This document shows, piece by piece, positions 9,288 through 18,438 of a stretch of 64,000 nt of DNA. The stretch comes from Candidatus Uhrbacteria bacterium (GTDB taxonomy: Bacteria; Patescibacteriota; Patescibacteriia; UBA9934; GWF2-40-263), in NCBI GenBank assembly GCA_026395055.1, contig JAPLZK010000004.1, forward strand, positions 82,805-146,804. Reading direction: 5' to 3'. Each line of letters starts with the position of its first letter. Position 1 is the first letter of the stretch. Made by a program: the position numbers and the translations under genes. Under the pieces are notes generated by a model that saw only the letters and a program-made list of their open reading frames with translations, searched no databases and had not been told where the DNA came from.

Positions 9288-10994
9288 ATGCACACGCTTC
9301 AAAAAGCAAAACAACAGATTCTCCAAGATTTGAAACGCGCCATTGGAGGCGGGTTTGTTCCGCATTTATCGGATTTATCTGCGCCACCGGACGCAAAAAT
9401 GGGTGACGTTGCCTTTGCGTGTTTTACGCTCGCAAAAAAAATGAAAAAGAATCCAGCAGAACTTGCACAAGAAATTGTGGCAAAGATTGGTGCGCGTGGA
9501 TATGTCGCGTCCTTACGCGCAACAGGTCCTTATGTGAACTTCACATTTGGAAACGAAGCGCTTGGAAAAGATGTGTTGAAAGAAGTTGCTTCTCTCGGTG
9601 AAACATACGGCACGTCTGATATTGGAACAGGAAAGCGCGTCATGATTGAGTACGCGAACTTGAATACGCATAAAGATGTTCACATCGGCCATTTGCGAAA
9701 CTTGTTTGTGGGACAAATGACTGTGAATGTTTTTCGTGCGAATGGGTATCATGTGATTCCAACCGCCTACATCAACGATCTTGGTGCACACGTTGCAAAG
9801 TCTGTTTGGGCCATCATGACACTTCATAAAGACGAAGAAGTGCCAAAAGAAAAACGCATTCCATTTTTGCGAGACGTGTATATTGAAGCAACGCGCCATC
9901 TGGAGGATCACCCAAATGCAAAAGAACAAGTTGCGGAAGTATTTCGTCATCTCGAAGATCAGAAAGGAGATGAGGTCGCGGTCTGGAAGAAAACTCGAAC
10001 GTGGTCCATTGACTATCTGAAAAAGGTTTATAAGGAATTGAACATTGGCATCGAAGAATGGTACTTCGAGAGTGATCTCATTAAGAAAACAAAAAAAGAA
10101 ATCGAGAAGCTGATCAAAAAGGGGATTGTGACACAGTCGGAAGGCGCGTGGATCGTTGATCTGCGTGATCAGAACCTTGGCGTCAACTTGTTTGTGAAGT
10201 CGGATGGAACGCTTCTTTATAACGCAAAGGATATCGGACTCGCTCTCAAGAAAGAAGAAGACTATCACGCCCTTCGATCTATCTACGTCGTTGACGCGCG
10301 ACAATCACATGCCATGCAACAGTTGTTTGCAACCCTCAAGTTGATGGGGTTTGAAAAAGAACTCACACACTTGTCTTACGACTTCGTGACACTCAAAGAT
10401 GGTGCGATGTCTTCCAGAAAAGGAAACGATATTCGTTTCGAAGAATTCCGAGATCAAATGATTGAACGTGCATCGGTCGAAACAAAAAAGAGACATGAGG
10501 ATTGGAAACCAAAACAGGTCGATCAAACGGCGCGAGCGATTACGAATGCGGCCATGCGATTCTCCATGTTGAAACAAGACATGGAAAAGCCCATTGTGTT
10601 TGATCTCGAAGAATCTCTTGTCTTTGAGGGTTACACAGGTCCGTACGTCCTTTATACGCTTGCTCGTATTGAAAGTCTTCTCAAAAAAGCACCAAAACGG
10701 GCGACTGGGCGGGTTGGGGAATATTTGAAGACTTCTCGTGAACATGAGTTGTTGGTCTTGATTGCTCAGTATCCAGATGTGGTCTTTGACTGTGTTCAGA
10801 CACTTGAGTTGAGTCGAATTGCCCAATTCCTGTTCGACCTTTCTCAGACATTCGCTTCGTTTTATTCGGATGCTCCCATCCTAAAAGCAGAACCGGAAGT
10901 GATGCACGCACGTCTTGCTCTTGCCGAGTCGGTCGCGCGCGTGTTAAAAAATGGATTAAGACTTATGGGGATTGAGCCTGTGGAGGAGATGTAA
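9288..10994 (+). CDS. argS: Arginine--tRNA ligase
   Basis: IEYANLNTHKDVHIGHLRN, YVVDARQ, MSSRKG, GYTGPYVLY, DALR-like C-terminus. Confidence 0.96.
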   Translation: MHTLQKAKQQILQDLKRAIGGGFVPHLSDLSAPPDAKMGDVAFACFTLAKKMKKNPAELAQEIVAKIGARGYVASLRATGPYVNFTFGNEALGKDVLKEVASLGETYGTSDIGTGKRVMIEYANLNTHKDVHIGHLRNLFVGQMTVNVFRANGYHVIPTAYINDLGAHVAKSVWAIMTLHKDEEVPKEKRIPFLRDVYIEATRHLEDHPNAKEQVAEVFRHLEDQKGDEVAVWKKTRTWSIDYLKKVYKELNIGIEEWYFESDLIKKTKKEIEKLIKKGIVTQSEGAWIVDLRDQNLGVNLFVKSDGTLLYNAKDIGLALKKEEDYHALRSIYVVDARQSHAMQQLFATLKLMGFEKELTHLSYDFVTLKDGAMSSRKGNDIRFEEFRDQMIERASVETKKRHEDWKPKQVDQTARAITNAAMRFSMLKQDMEKPIVFDLEESLVFEGYTGPYVLYTLARIESLLKKAPKRATGRVGEYLKTSREHELLVLIAQYPDVVFDCVQTLELSRIAQFLFDLSQTFASFYSDAPILKAEPEVMHARLALAESVARVLKNGLRLMGIEPVEEM

Positions 10995-10997
10995 GAG

Positions 10998-11080
10998 AAA
11001 ATTCGAAATTCGAATATCGAAATTCGAAACAAAAGGAATGATTAAGTTTTCGGATTTCGTATTTCGAGATTCGTATTTTA
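10998..11080. repeat. Inverted pair of 7-nt tandem repeat arms (ttcgaaa-like)
   Basis: aaattcgaaattcgaatatcgaaattcgaaac ... tttcggatttcgtatttcgagattcgtattt. Confidence 0.8.
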
Positions 11081-11087
11081 TCTCGTT

Positions 11088-11450
11088 ATGTTTAAAAAAT
11101 CAGAACATCATATGGCACATGCACAATCAGGAAGCGAAACTATCATTGCTCAAGGGGTAAAGGTGGAGGGGGATTTCAGATCAAACGGAGACATTACCAT
11201 CGACGGTGAGCTCAACGGCTCACTCGCGACAGCAGCATCTCTTCATATTGGAGAAAGTGCGGTGATCCATGCAGAAGTCTCAGCAAAAAATGCGGTAATC
11301 GCGGGAACGATTGTGGGAAATCTTCAAGTGGAAGATGGATTGCAATTGCTTTCGAGTTCAAACGTGACCGGAGACATTGTCACAAATCGTTTGTCGATTG
11401 CAGAAGGGGCTGTTGTGAACGGACGCATCTCCATGAACTCCAAAGGATAA
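11088..11450 (+). CDS. Bactofilin (polymer-forming cytoskeletal protein)
   Basis: TIIAQGVKVEGD..IDGELNGS..IAGTIVGN..VTGDI..LSIAEGAVVNG beta-helix pattern. Confidence 0.92.
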   Translation: MFKKSEHHMAHAQSGSETIIAQGVKVEGDFRSNGDITIDGELNGSLATAASLHIGESAVIHAEVSAKNAVIAGTIVGNLQVEDGLQLLSSSNVTGDIVTNRLSIAEGAVVNGRISMNSKG

Positions 11451-11455
11451 TTCGT

Positions 11456-12190
11456 GTGTACTGTTACCTGTACGATGATTTTATACAGGGCAACAAACGA
11501 TTCGAAAAAGAATTGGCGCTTATTGAAAATCGTTTGACTGACCTTGGGATTGCCGGCAAGATTTCTCGTCTTGCTTTGTTTCGTAATGCCGAGGAAATGA
11601 TTCGTGACGAGATCGACAAGGGGGTGACCACGGTTGTTGTGCTTGGAAATGATGATACCGTTCGAAAAGTTTTGAACGTGGTTGTGGAAAGTGGGGTGGT
11701 GTTTGGTATGATTCCCATTGGTCCAAAAAATAAGCTCGCACAACTTCTTGGAATTCCAGAAGGTGTTGCGGCGTGCGATGTGTTATCTGCGCGTCGTGTT
11801 GAAACGATTGATATTGGAAGTGTGAATGGTCGCAAGTTCATTAGTGAAGTTTCCGTACCTGAGTTTCGTGCAGAGATCACGTTCGAAGAAAAGTTTCGCG
11901 TGTTTCCAACTTCAACCGCAGAGCTTGAGGTGCGAAATTTATCTGGAGAATCAAATCCGTGTGACGGCATGTTGCAGGCGGTGATTCGCGCGGATGTGAA
12001 GAAAGGATTACTTCGACGCGCAACCAAAGAAGAAAGCATCTTGCCGTTACAATCCATGACGATTCGTTCCGAAAAGCCGATTCAAGTTTTCGCGGATGGG
12101 GAACTCATGGAAGGAACACGATTCGATATTTCCGTGGAATCTATGGGGATGAAGATTGTGACAGGCAAGGCTCGAACGTTTGAGACTTGA
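11456..12190 (+). CDS. Diacylglycerol kinase family protein (CPR type)
   Basis: VVVLGNDDT, GMIPIG..N.LA..LGI, IDIG, ADGE. Confidence 0.8.
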   Translation: MYCYLYDDFIQGNKRFEKELALIENRLTDLGIAGKISRLALFRNAEEMIRDEIDKGVTTVVVLGNDDTVRKVLNVVVESGVVFGMIPIGPKNKLAQLLGIPEGVAACDVLSARRVETIDIGSVNGRKFISEVSVPEFRAEITFEEKFRVFPTSTAELEVRNLSGESNPCDGMLQAVIRADVKKGLLRRATKEESILPLQSMTIRSEKPIQVFADGELMEGTRFDISVESMGMKIVTGKARTFET

Positions 12191-12238
12191 TCTTTTTTTC
12201 TAGATCGATTATTATCTCGACGCGTAGGAGTACCACGT

Positions 12239-12324
12239 GCAGACGTGGCGGAATGGTATACGCGCCAGCTTGAGGTGCTGGTTCTCGCAAGGGATTGGAG
12301 GTTCAAGTCCTCTCGTCTGCACCA
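12239..12324 (+). tRNA. tRNA-Leu(GAG)
   Basis: gcagacg/cgtctgc acceptor, ccagc-tt-GAG-gt-gctgg, long variable arm, gttcaag, encoded CCA. Confidence 0.96.
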
Positions 12325-12325
12325 C

Positions 12326-12353
12326 AAAAGACCCGACAAACGTCGGGTCTTTT
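12326..12353 (+). terminator. Intrinsic terminator after tRNA-Leu
   Basis: aaaagacccgac-aaac-gtcgggtctttt. Confidence 0.8.
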
Positions 12354-12399
12354 GTTTTGTTTTATTTTTGATTCTTATGATGTTTGCTATGATGTATCC

Positions 12400-13353
12400 A
12401 TGCGCAAATATATTTCGGACATTTTCTTCCTTGTCATTCTTCTTGCTCTCGCCTTTTATTTCCGCGATCCGCTTTCGCGTCTCGAATCTCAGTTTTTGTC
12501 TCGAACCTTTCCATGTCAGCAGCCAATCGCCTACTCGATTGGAACGTTTGATTCCCGGTTTGGAATCTCGAAAGATGTATTTATTAAAGATATCCAAAAA
12601 GCAGAATCGGTTTGGGAGAAACCTATCGGGAAAGATTTGTTTGTGTATAAACCGGACCTGCCTGCCGGACAGGCAGGTGGTGCGCTCAAGATCAATCTTG
12701 TTTATGATGAGCGACAAATCGCTACGCAGAAGCTCGCAAAGTATGGAATTGCGATTCACGATGACCAGGCTACATATGATACGTTGAAAGGGAAGTACGA
12801 TGTGCTTCAGAAATCTATCAATACCTTGAAGGCTTTGTATCAAACACAATCGAATGCGTATGATGTTCAGCTTGCGGCGTACAACAAAGAAATCACGTAT
12901 TGGAATCAACATGATCATGTGACGCAAACGACGGTTGATCGACTGAACGTTGAGAAAGCGGATTTGGATCAGCAACAATTGATCTTGAAAGATTTGGAAA
13001 ATAAAGTGAATGCGAATGTGGATGAGTTGAACGCGCTCGTTGAGGTCGTGAATCGTCTTGCAAAGTCGTTGAACCTTGCGGCAATTCAATACAACACAAT
13101 TGGCGCAAGCCAAGGTTCTGAATTCGAAGAAGGGGAATACGTGAGTGACCCTACAGGCAATCACATAAATATTTATCAGTTCGATGATCAGGCAAAGTTG
13201 ATTCGTGTGCTTACCCATGAGATGGGGCACGCAATTGGACTCGGACATCTTGAGAATCCGAAGGCGATTATGTATCGACGAAACAATGGAGTGAATGCAA
13301 CGCTCACAGTAGATGATTTGGCAGCGATTAAGAAACAGTGCAGAATCAAGTAG
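12400..13353 (+). CDS. Matrixin-family (M10-like) zinc metalloprotease with N-terminal anchor and coiled coil
   Basis: HEMGHAIGLGH metzincin motif plus AIMY Met-turn; start MRKYISD. Confidence 0.88.
   Translation: MRKYISDIFFLVILLALAFYFRDPLSRLESQFLSRTFPCQQPIAYSIGTFDSRFGISKDVFIKDIQKAESVWEKPIGKDLFVYKPDLPAGQAGGALKINLVYDERQIATQKLAKYGIAIHDDQATYDTLKGKYDVLQKSINTLKALYQTQSNAYDVQLAAYNKEITYWNQHDHVTQTTVDRLNVEKADLDQQQLILKDLENKVNANVDELNALVEVVNRLAKSLNLAAIQYNTIGASQGSEFEEGEYVSDPTGNHINIYQFDDQAKLIRVLTHEMGHAIGLGHLENPKAIMYRRNNGVNATLTVDDLAAIKKQCRIK
12656..12678. repeat. CCTGCCTG palindrome in frame in the matrixin gene
   Basis: acctgcctg-ccgga-caggcaggt; related to 19740-19759. Confidence 0.75.
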
Positions 13354-13366
13354 CATAGAATGTAAT

Positions 13367-14608
13367 ATGTTGAAAACGCTCAAACACTACCTGCCGTTTT
13401 GGATCTTTATGATCCTCTTTAAGTTTGGTGCAGGATTGCACTATACGCTCATGGCTCCGCTTGGAGAGCGGATTTTCCCTATTTGGATTATTGGTTTCCT
13501 TGCGGGAGGCTGTTCACTGATTCAATTATTTTTTGACGTTCCGGCCGGGCATTTATTAGATCGATACGGATATTTACGCATGTTAAAAATTACTACCGTC
13601 ACGTTTTTGTTTGCGGCGGTCTGTTTCTTATTTGGCCTAACCCAGCTGACGTATTTTCTTACACTCTTTTTTAGCATTTTTGGTTGGTTGTTTTTTAGTT
13701 CTGGAATTAATGCCTATGTCTTGAGCCAGGCGCCAAAAGAACATACGGGAAAATTCATGTCGATGCGTGACGTTTCTGGTTCTATCGGAATTGTTCTTGC
13801 AAGTGCCTCTTTGCCATTCATCCTCTTGCTTTCTGTACAATGGATGGGGATTGTTTTATCCCTTCTTTTATTTGTCGCATGGATTCTTTTGTGGTTCTCT
13901 CCAAAAGAAACACAATCGGTGCACACAGAACAAACAGGGGAAACACGTCATCTCTCTATCAAGCGCCACGTGTTTGCGAATTCAATGCGTGCAATGAAGA
14001 AATTAAATCCGGCAAGCACGATGTTGCTCCTCACGGGGGTTGCCAGTGCATTATTTTATGCCGCGATTTGGTTTGTGATCCCTCTTGTGATTGTGGCACA
14101 ACAACGTGCAGGGCTGCTTGGAATTGGGCTTGGTATTTTCGATTTCGCCGTTGTTGTCTTGGGTTTTTTTCTTGGAACACTTGCGGACAAAATGAATAAA
14201 CGGACGCTAGTCTTTTTTGGACTGCTTCTATTTGCGGTCACAGGAGTCCTTGTTGGATTTCATTTCGATGTCTTATTTCTTTTATTTGGATTTCTTGCAA
14301 CAACCGGTGAAGAAATGGCTATGCTCTCGCTTTGGTCCTGGTTGCATATGCTTGATCGTGAACACGCTAACGATGGAGCGATTGCGGGGGTGGTAAGTTT
14401 GTTCGATGATCTTGGTTGGGCGCTTGGGCCTATGTTTGCTGGTGTTCTTTATGGATTTATTGGCCCGTCTTGGACGATTGCTATTGCGGCGATCCCGATT
14501 TTTGTTGCGTGGATTATTTATCAGTTCATGATGCGCAATCATCCCGTACACACGGTGTCGTTGAAAGACATTCCTCGTAAACCACATCGACCACGACACA
14601 AAACATAA
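13367..14608 (+). CDS. MFS transporter
   Basis: About 12 TM segments; GHLLDRYG and GTLADKMNKR motif-A copies. Confidence 0.88.
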   Translation: MLKTLKHYLPFWIFMILFKFGAGLHYTLMAPLGERIFPIWIIGFLAGGCSLIQLFFDVPAGHLLDRYGYLRMLKITTVTFLFAAVCFLFGLTQLTYFLTLFFSIFGWLFFSSGINAYVLSQAPKEHTGKFMSMRDVSGSIGIVLASASLPFILLLSVQWMGIVLSLLLFVAWILLWFSPKETQSVHTEQTGETRHLSIKRHVFANSMRAMKKLNPASTMLLLTGVASALFYAAIWFVIPLVIVAQQRAGLLGIGLGIFDFAVVVLGFFLGTLADKMNKRTLVFFGLLLFAVTGVLVGFHFDVLFLLFGFLATTGEEMAMLSLWSWLHMLDREHANDGAIAGVVSLFDDLGWALGPMFAGVLYGFIGPSWTIAIAAIPIFVAWIIYQFMMRNHPVHTVSLKDIPRKPHRPRHKT

Positions 14609-14673
14609 ATCGTCAAACAGTCCTATGGGGCTGTTTTTGATGTAAATAAAAAATCGTCGAACGGGTTCGACGA

Positions 14674-15918
14674 TTAAGCGCCTTGGGTATCTACATGACG
14701 ACATTTGTACCAGGGGTAGATGACAAGGATAGAGCAGACGAGTCCGGTGAGGAATAATGTTTGATACCCGAAGGTATCAGCGATTTTTCCAGAACCGAGC
14801 TGAACGAATTTTCCCATCACCTCACAGCTTGCAAGGATGGTGTATTCCGTTGCACCTACACGTTTCGACACAAGAGACATCATGAATGCGAATGTTGCGG
14901 TTGTGAGCAAGCTGCCCGGCAAATGTTCGCTGAGAGCAATGATAGTCGCAAGATCAACGGTGACGTGATGTGTGCTCATGTAGTACTGGAGTCCAATTGG
15001 AAAGATTCGGAGCACAACCGCAAGTCCAAGTACGGTCCAGATGCGGAATTTCGTGAGCAGGAGTCCAGCAAGGACGGAACCGATCATTGCGGAGAACATA
15101 CCCCATTGGTTGATTCGGCTAATTGTATCGAGAGCGAATCCATGGTCACGCAAATAAACCGTGTAGAGTGATTGAACCATCTCCTCGCCGATTTTGTACG
15201 TCAGTAGAAAGATGATGACCCACTTGAGTTCACGATTGGTGATGAGTTGAATCGACGTGCGAAAGATTTCTTTCAACGTCGGCTTTGTTTTTGCCTCGCC
15301 AGATTCTGACACGCTCGGCTCAACAGGTTTTTCTTTGAAGAACAGGATCGGGATGAGTGGAAGAGCGACGATGACCGCCATGATTCCAAAATATCCATCC
15401 CATCCGATTGTGAGAACGAACGGAAGAAGAAATGCACCCGCGAGCAACATGCCCATGCGATACCCGATGACCTGAACAGCGTTTCCGAGTCCAAGTGCGT
15501 GTGGCTTCAGGGTATCGATCGCAAGTCCGTCGACGGACACATCTTGCGCCGAGGCGAACAAGCTCATGCCAAAGACCATGATGAGAAATGGCATGATGTT
15601 CGGAGCATCGATCAAGGTCGATGCGATCGCGACACAGAGGAGATATCCGATCTGAAGTGGAAAGATCCATGATCGCCTTCGACCGAATCGTTCGCTGTAG
15701 AATCGATCTGCGAACGGTGCCCAGATCGCCTTGAACATCCACGGCATCATGAGCATGCCCGTAAACGAGATCTGCGTGAGCGTGTATCCACGATCGCGCA
15801 AATAGGTTTGCAGGCCTGTTTTCACAAAGCCGTGCGGGAGTCCTTGGCTCATGTAGAGCAGACTCAAAAGGAAAAGCGCGAAAGGGGAATATCGTTCACG
15901 AAGTTTTTGAAAGAGCAT
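14674..15918 (-). CDS. MFS transporter, AmpG/RhtX-like
   Basis: [43 protein letters not shown]; AGGAGG SD before ATG 15918. Confidence 0.85.
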   Translation of the reverse strand: MLFQKLRERYSPFALFLLSLLYMSQGLPHGFVKTGLQTYLRDRGYTLTQISFTGMLMMPWMFKAIWAPFADRFYSERFGRRRSWIFPLQIGYLLCVAIASTLIDAPNIMPFLIMVFGMSLFASAQDVSVDGLAIDTLKPHALGLGNAVQVIGYRMGMLLAGAFLLPFVLTIGWDGYFGIMAVIVALPLIPILFFKEKPVEPSVSESGEAKTKPTLKEIFRTSIQLITNRELKWVIIFLLTYKIGEEMVQSLYTVYLRDHGFALDTISRINQWGMFSAMIGSVLAGLLLTKFRIWTVLGLAVVLRIFPIGLQYYMSTHHVTVDLATIIALSEHLPGSLLTTATFAFMMSLVSKRVGATEYTILASCEVMGKFVQLGSGKIADTFGYQTLFLTGLVCSILVIYPWYKCRHVDTQGA

Positions 15919-16057
15919 GACGCCTCCTAGGATCTGTCTGTCGAGGATCGAACGGTTCGATTTCAAAGACTGGTCAGAATGCCACGAAAAATCAATTTTG
16001 TCAATCATGGACGCATGGATGATTGACAAATGTTCTTTTTTCTGTTTCAATCATTCT

Positions 16058-16320
16058 TGAGCGGACAGAATCCTTATGAGTTCCATCAATTCTTCCAATC
16101 ATCTACACAGAACAACATCATGATTGTGGCACGTGCACCGTCATGACCCGCCAACTTAGCGTTATGCTGACCATGAGTGTGCTGTTCATCATCGTTAAGG
16201 AGTGAATGAACAGATTGTCGTGATTCGTCACAACTTCCTCATGCGAACGTATCGCTCCTACCCAATAACCTTCCGCTCACCTACGATTCTACCGCCTTCG
16301 ATATTCTCGGGCGGTTTTTC
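16058..16320 (+). ncRNA. Candidate structured small RNA (unassigned)
   Basis: TTGACA-N17-TTCAAT upstream; 5' tgagcgga pairs with tccgctca (16272-16279); internal hairpins; terminator accgcc..ggcggttttt; no long ORF. Confidence 0.45.
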
Positions 16321-16359
16321 TTTTGGATAAAAAAATACGAACCGAGGTTCGTAAGAGTG

Positions 16360-16884
16360 TTATCGTAGCGGAAAGGAGAAAACGGGAAACCACGTTCGTT
16401 CGTGTTCTGTGCGACACAACAGATTGATTTGTCGACACAGAAACTCTTCACGAACAGGTTCTTCGGACAATGCACGCCACGCGGCAGCTCGTCGTTCAAT
16501 AGGAAGGTGATCTGCAATCGTCATGTGCGGATGTTCGAGACGCGTGAATGTTCCAGCCGCCGAAGCGAACAGATCGCGCGTTGCATCTACAAGTTGTTGG
16601 TGACACGCAACGATTTCGGCTGAGCGCTCTGCACAGATGTGAATATTTTCTAGTTCATTGAATGATCCAATCCCAAGAAGACGAATCATGAATGGAGACA
16701 TGTTGTGTGTGGCGTTCAGGAGTTGCGTAATGAGCTCGTCTTCTGATCGATCGGGTAAACGTTCACGAGGACTCAGGAGCGTGAGGTGAGGCAAAGAGGC
16801 ACTTGGTCCTTGCCAGCGCGCTTCGAGCGCTTGCAGACGCTTTAGGAGCAGGGGAGGTGGGGACGCATTCAGATAATATCGCAT
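16360..16884 (-). CDS. 2H phosphoesterase (2'-5' RNA ligase family)
   Basis: Two HxT motifs, PHLTL and PHMTI; start MRYYLN. Confidence 0.85.
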   Translation of the reverse strand: MRYYLNASPPPLLLKRLQALEARWQGPSASLPHLTLLSPRERLPDRSEDELITQLLNATHNMSPFMIRLLGIGSFNELENIHICAERSAEIVACHQQLVDATRDLFASAAGTFTRLEHPHMTIADHLPIERRAAAWRALSEEPVREEFLCRQINLLCRTEHERTWFPVFSFPLR

Positions 16885-17067
16885 GGTTTTCTCCGTGTTT
16901 GCAGTGTGAGAGTGTACCAATAATCAACGGATTGTCAATGCTCTCTTTACAAGTTTCACCGTTTCGATTATTCTTCGGATACTTATGTTAGATGCTTAGC
17001 GGTCGGGTGCCGACCTAAGCATCCTCATTCGGGAAAACCAAAGAGGAACTTTGTTTTCCATTCATTC

Positions 17068-17144
17068 GGATGCTTAGCTCAGCTGGTTAGAGCATCTCGT
17101 TTACACCGAGAGGGTCGAGGGTTCGAATCCCCCAGCATCCACCA
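17068..17144 (+). tRNA. tRNA-Val(TAC)
   Basis: ggatgct/agcatcc acceptor, tctcg-tt-TAC-ac-cgaga, gttcgaatc, CCA. Confidence 0.96.
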
Positions 17145-17145
17145 C

Positions 17146-17173
17146 AAAAGAGACGACTTCGGTCGTCTCTTTT
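17146..17173 (+). terminator. Intrinsic terminator after tRNA-Val
   Basis: aaaagagacgac-ttcg-gtcgtctctttt. Confidence 0.85.
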
Positions 17174-17228
17174 GTTTTTCATAAACAACATTCCATCTCT
17201 TTCTCACTTTCTGCTATACTTCGTGCAT

Positions 17229-17489
17229 ATGTCTCCATTTATCCGCATCCCCCTTGGTCTCTTTATCATGGTTGTTGGTTACTTTATGGTTTCTAAATCA
17301 GAAAAAGTTTTTGAGTGGTTTGGTCAAAATGAATTTGCAGAAAAATATTTAGGGTACGGCGGTTCCCGAACCTTTTATAAAATTCTCGGGATTATTGTTG
17401 TGTTTGCCGGTATCTTTACTGCCACAAATGTAATGTCTGATATTCTGGGAAGTACGGCACATATTCTCACGAATACGAAAGGAAGCTAA
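17229..17489 (+). CDS. Small membrane protein (hypothetical)
   Basis: Two TM segments, FAEKYLGYGGSR; TGcTATACT box upstream. Confidence 0.7.
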   Translation: MSPFIRIPLGLFIMVVGYFMVSKSEKVFEWFGQNEFAEKYLGYGGSRTFYKILGIIVVFAGIFTATNVMSDILGSTAHILTNTKGS

Positions 17490-17559
17490 ATTCGTTACAT
17501 GGCGTTTAAGGGATGTCTCTTGACGCGTCACGGTCATTTCGACTATTCTTCGATGTATT

Positions 17560-17964
17560 ATGAACATGCTCAATCCTCTTTTTTGGCTTTCGATCGCAGC
17601 GGCAAACGTAGACGGACTCCCTGGAAAACTGATCCTAGGATTTTTTCTCCTTCTTATTCTTATCGGTGTTGTATGCAGAATCGTTCTCATGCAATCTTCA
17701 AAAGATCGCTATCTTAAACTGATCGGAAAACGTTTGGTTACATGCAGTCTTACCATGGGAATCACGGGTGTTATTTTATATTTCTTCAGTTATGAAGGAA
17801 TTCAATTGTTTGGTGCCAGATTCTGGTATCTCATTTGGGTCGTCGCATTTATTGCGTGGGTTACAGTGCTTGTAAAATTTGTCATGAAGGAAGTTCCAGA
17901 GATGCGCAACAAGAATGTGAATCAACACGCAAAATCCAAATATATCCCAGGACGCAAAAAGTAA
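17560..17964 (+). CDS. Membrane protein (hypothetical)
   Basis: Three TM segments, basic tail KYIPGRKK. Confidence 0.7.
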   Translation: MNMLNPLFWLSIAAANVDGLPGKLILGFFLLLILIGVVCRIVLMQSSKDRYLKLIGKRLVTCSLTMGITGVILYFFSYEGIQLFGARFWYLIWVVAFIAWVTVLVKFVMKEVPEMRNKNVNQHAKSKYIPGRKK

Positions 17965-17965
17965 T

Positions 17966-18325
17966 ATGATGGATCCTCGTAAACAATTTGGAAACGAGGG
18001 GGAAGACCTTGCAGCGGTTTATTTGCAAAAGAATGGATATCAAATTTTAGATCGACAATGGTCTTGTGTGTATGGGGAAGTAGATCTTGTCTGTAAGCAG
18101 AAAGAGGAATTCGTGTTTGTGGAAGTAAAATCGCGTCATGATGATTCGTATGGGTTTCCGGAAGATGCGGTTACGGCAACAAAACGCAGACACATTGCCG
18201 CGTGTGCGGATCAGTATCTCATCGAACATCATCAGGGAGATGTTCCGTGGCGTGTAGATGTGATTGCCATCGAGTTTGATCAGACACCACCAAACATTGT
18301 GCATATAGAAGCTATTGACATGTAA
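17966..18325 (+). CDS. yraN: YraN family (UPF0102) PD-(D/E)xK nuclease-like protein
   Basis: GNEGEDLA, GEVDLV, FVEVKSR, RVDVIAI. Confidence 0.92.
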   Translation: MMDPRKQFGNEGEDLAAVYLQKNGYQILDRQWSCVYGEVDLVCKQKEEFVFVEVKSRHDDSYGFPEDAVTATKRRHIAACADQYLIEHHQGDVPWRVDVIAIEFDQTPPNIVHIEAIDM

Positions 18326-18438
18326 GGTGAAATTGAGTAGGATATTTATATCTGAAACCTGTCTGAATGACGGGTTTCTTTGTTGAAAAGTTTCTAAGCA
18401 TTATTTCTCATTCCTATTTTTAATTACTTGCCTCACGT

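Noticed and set aside
12082-13383. 433-aa minus-strand ORF
   Set aside because: Antisense to tRNA-Leu and the matrixin gene; no motifs
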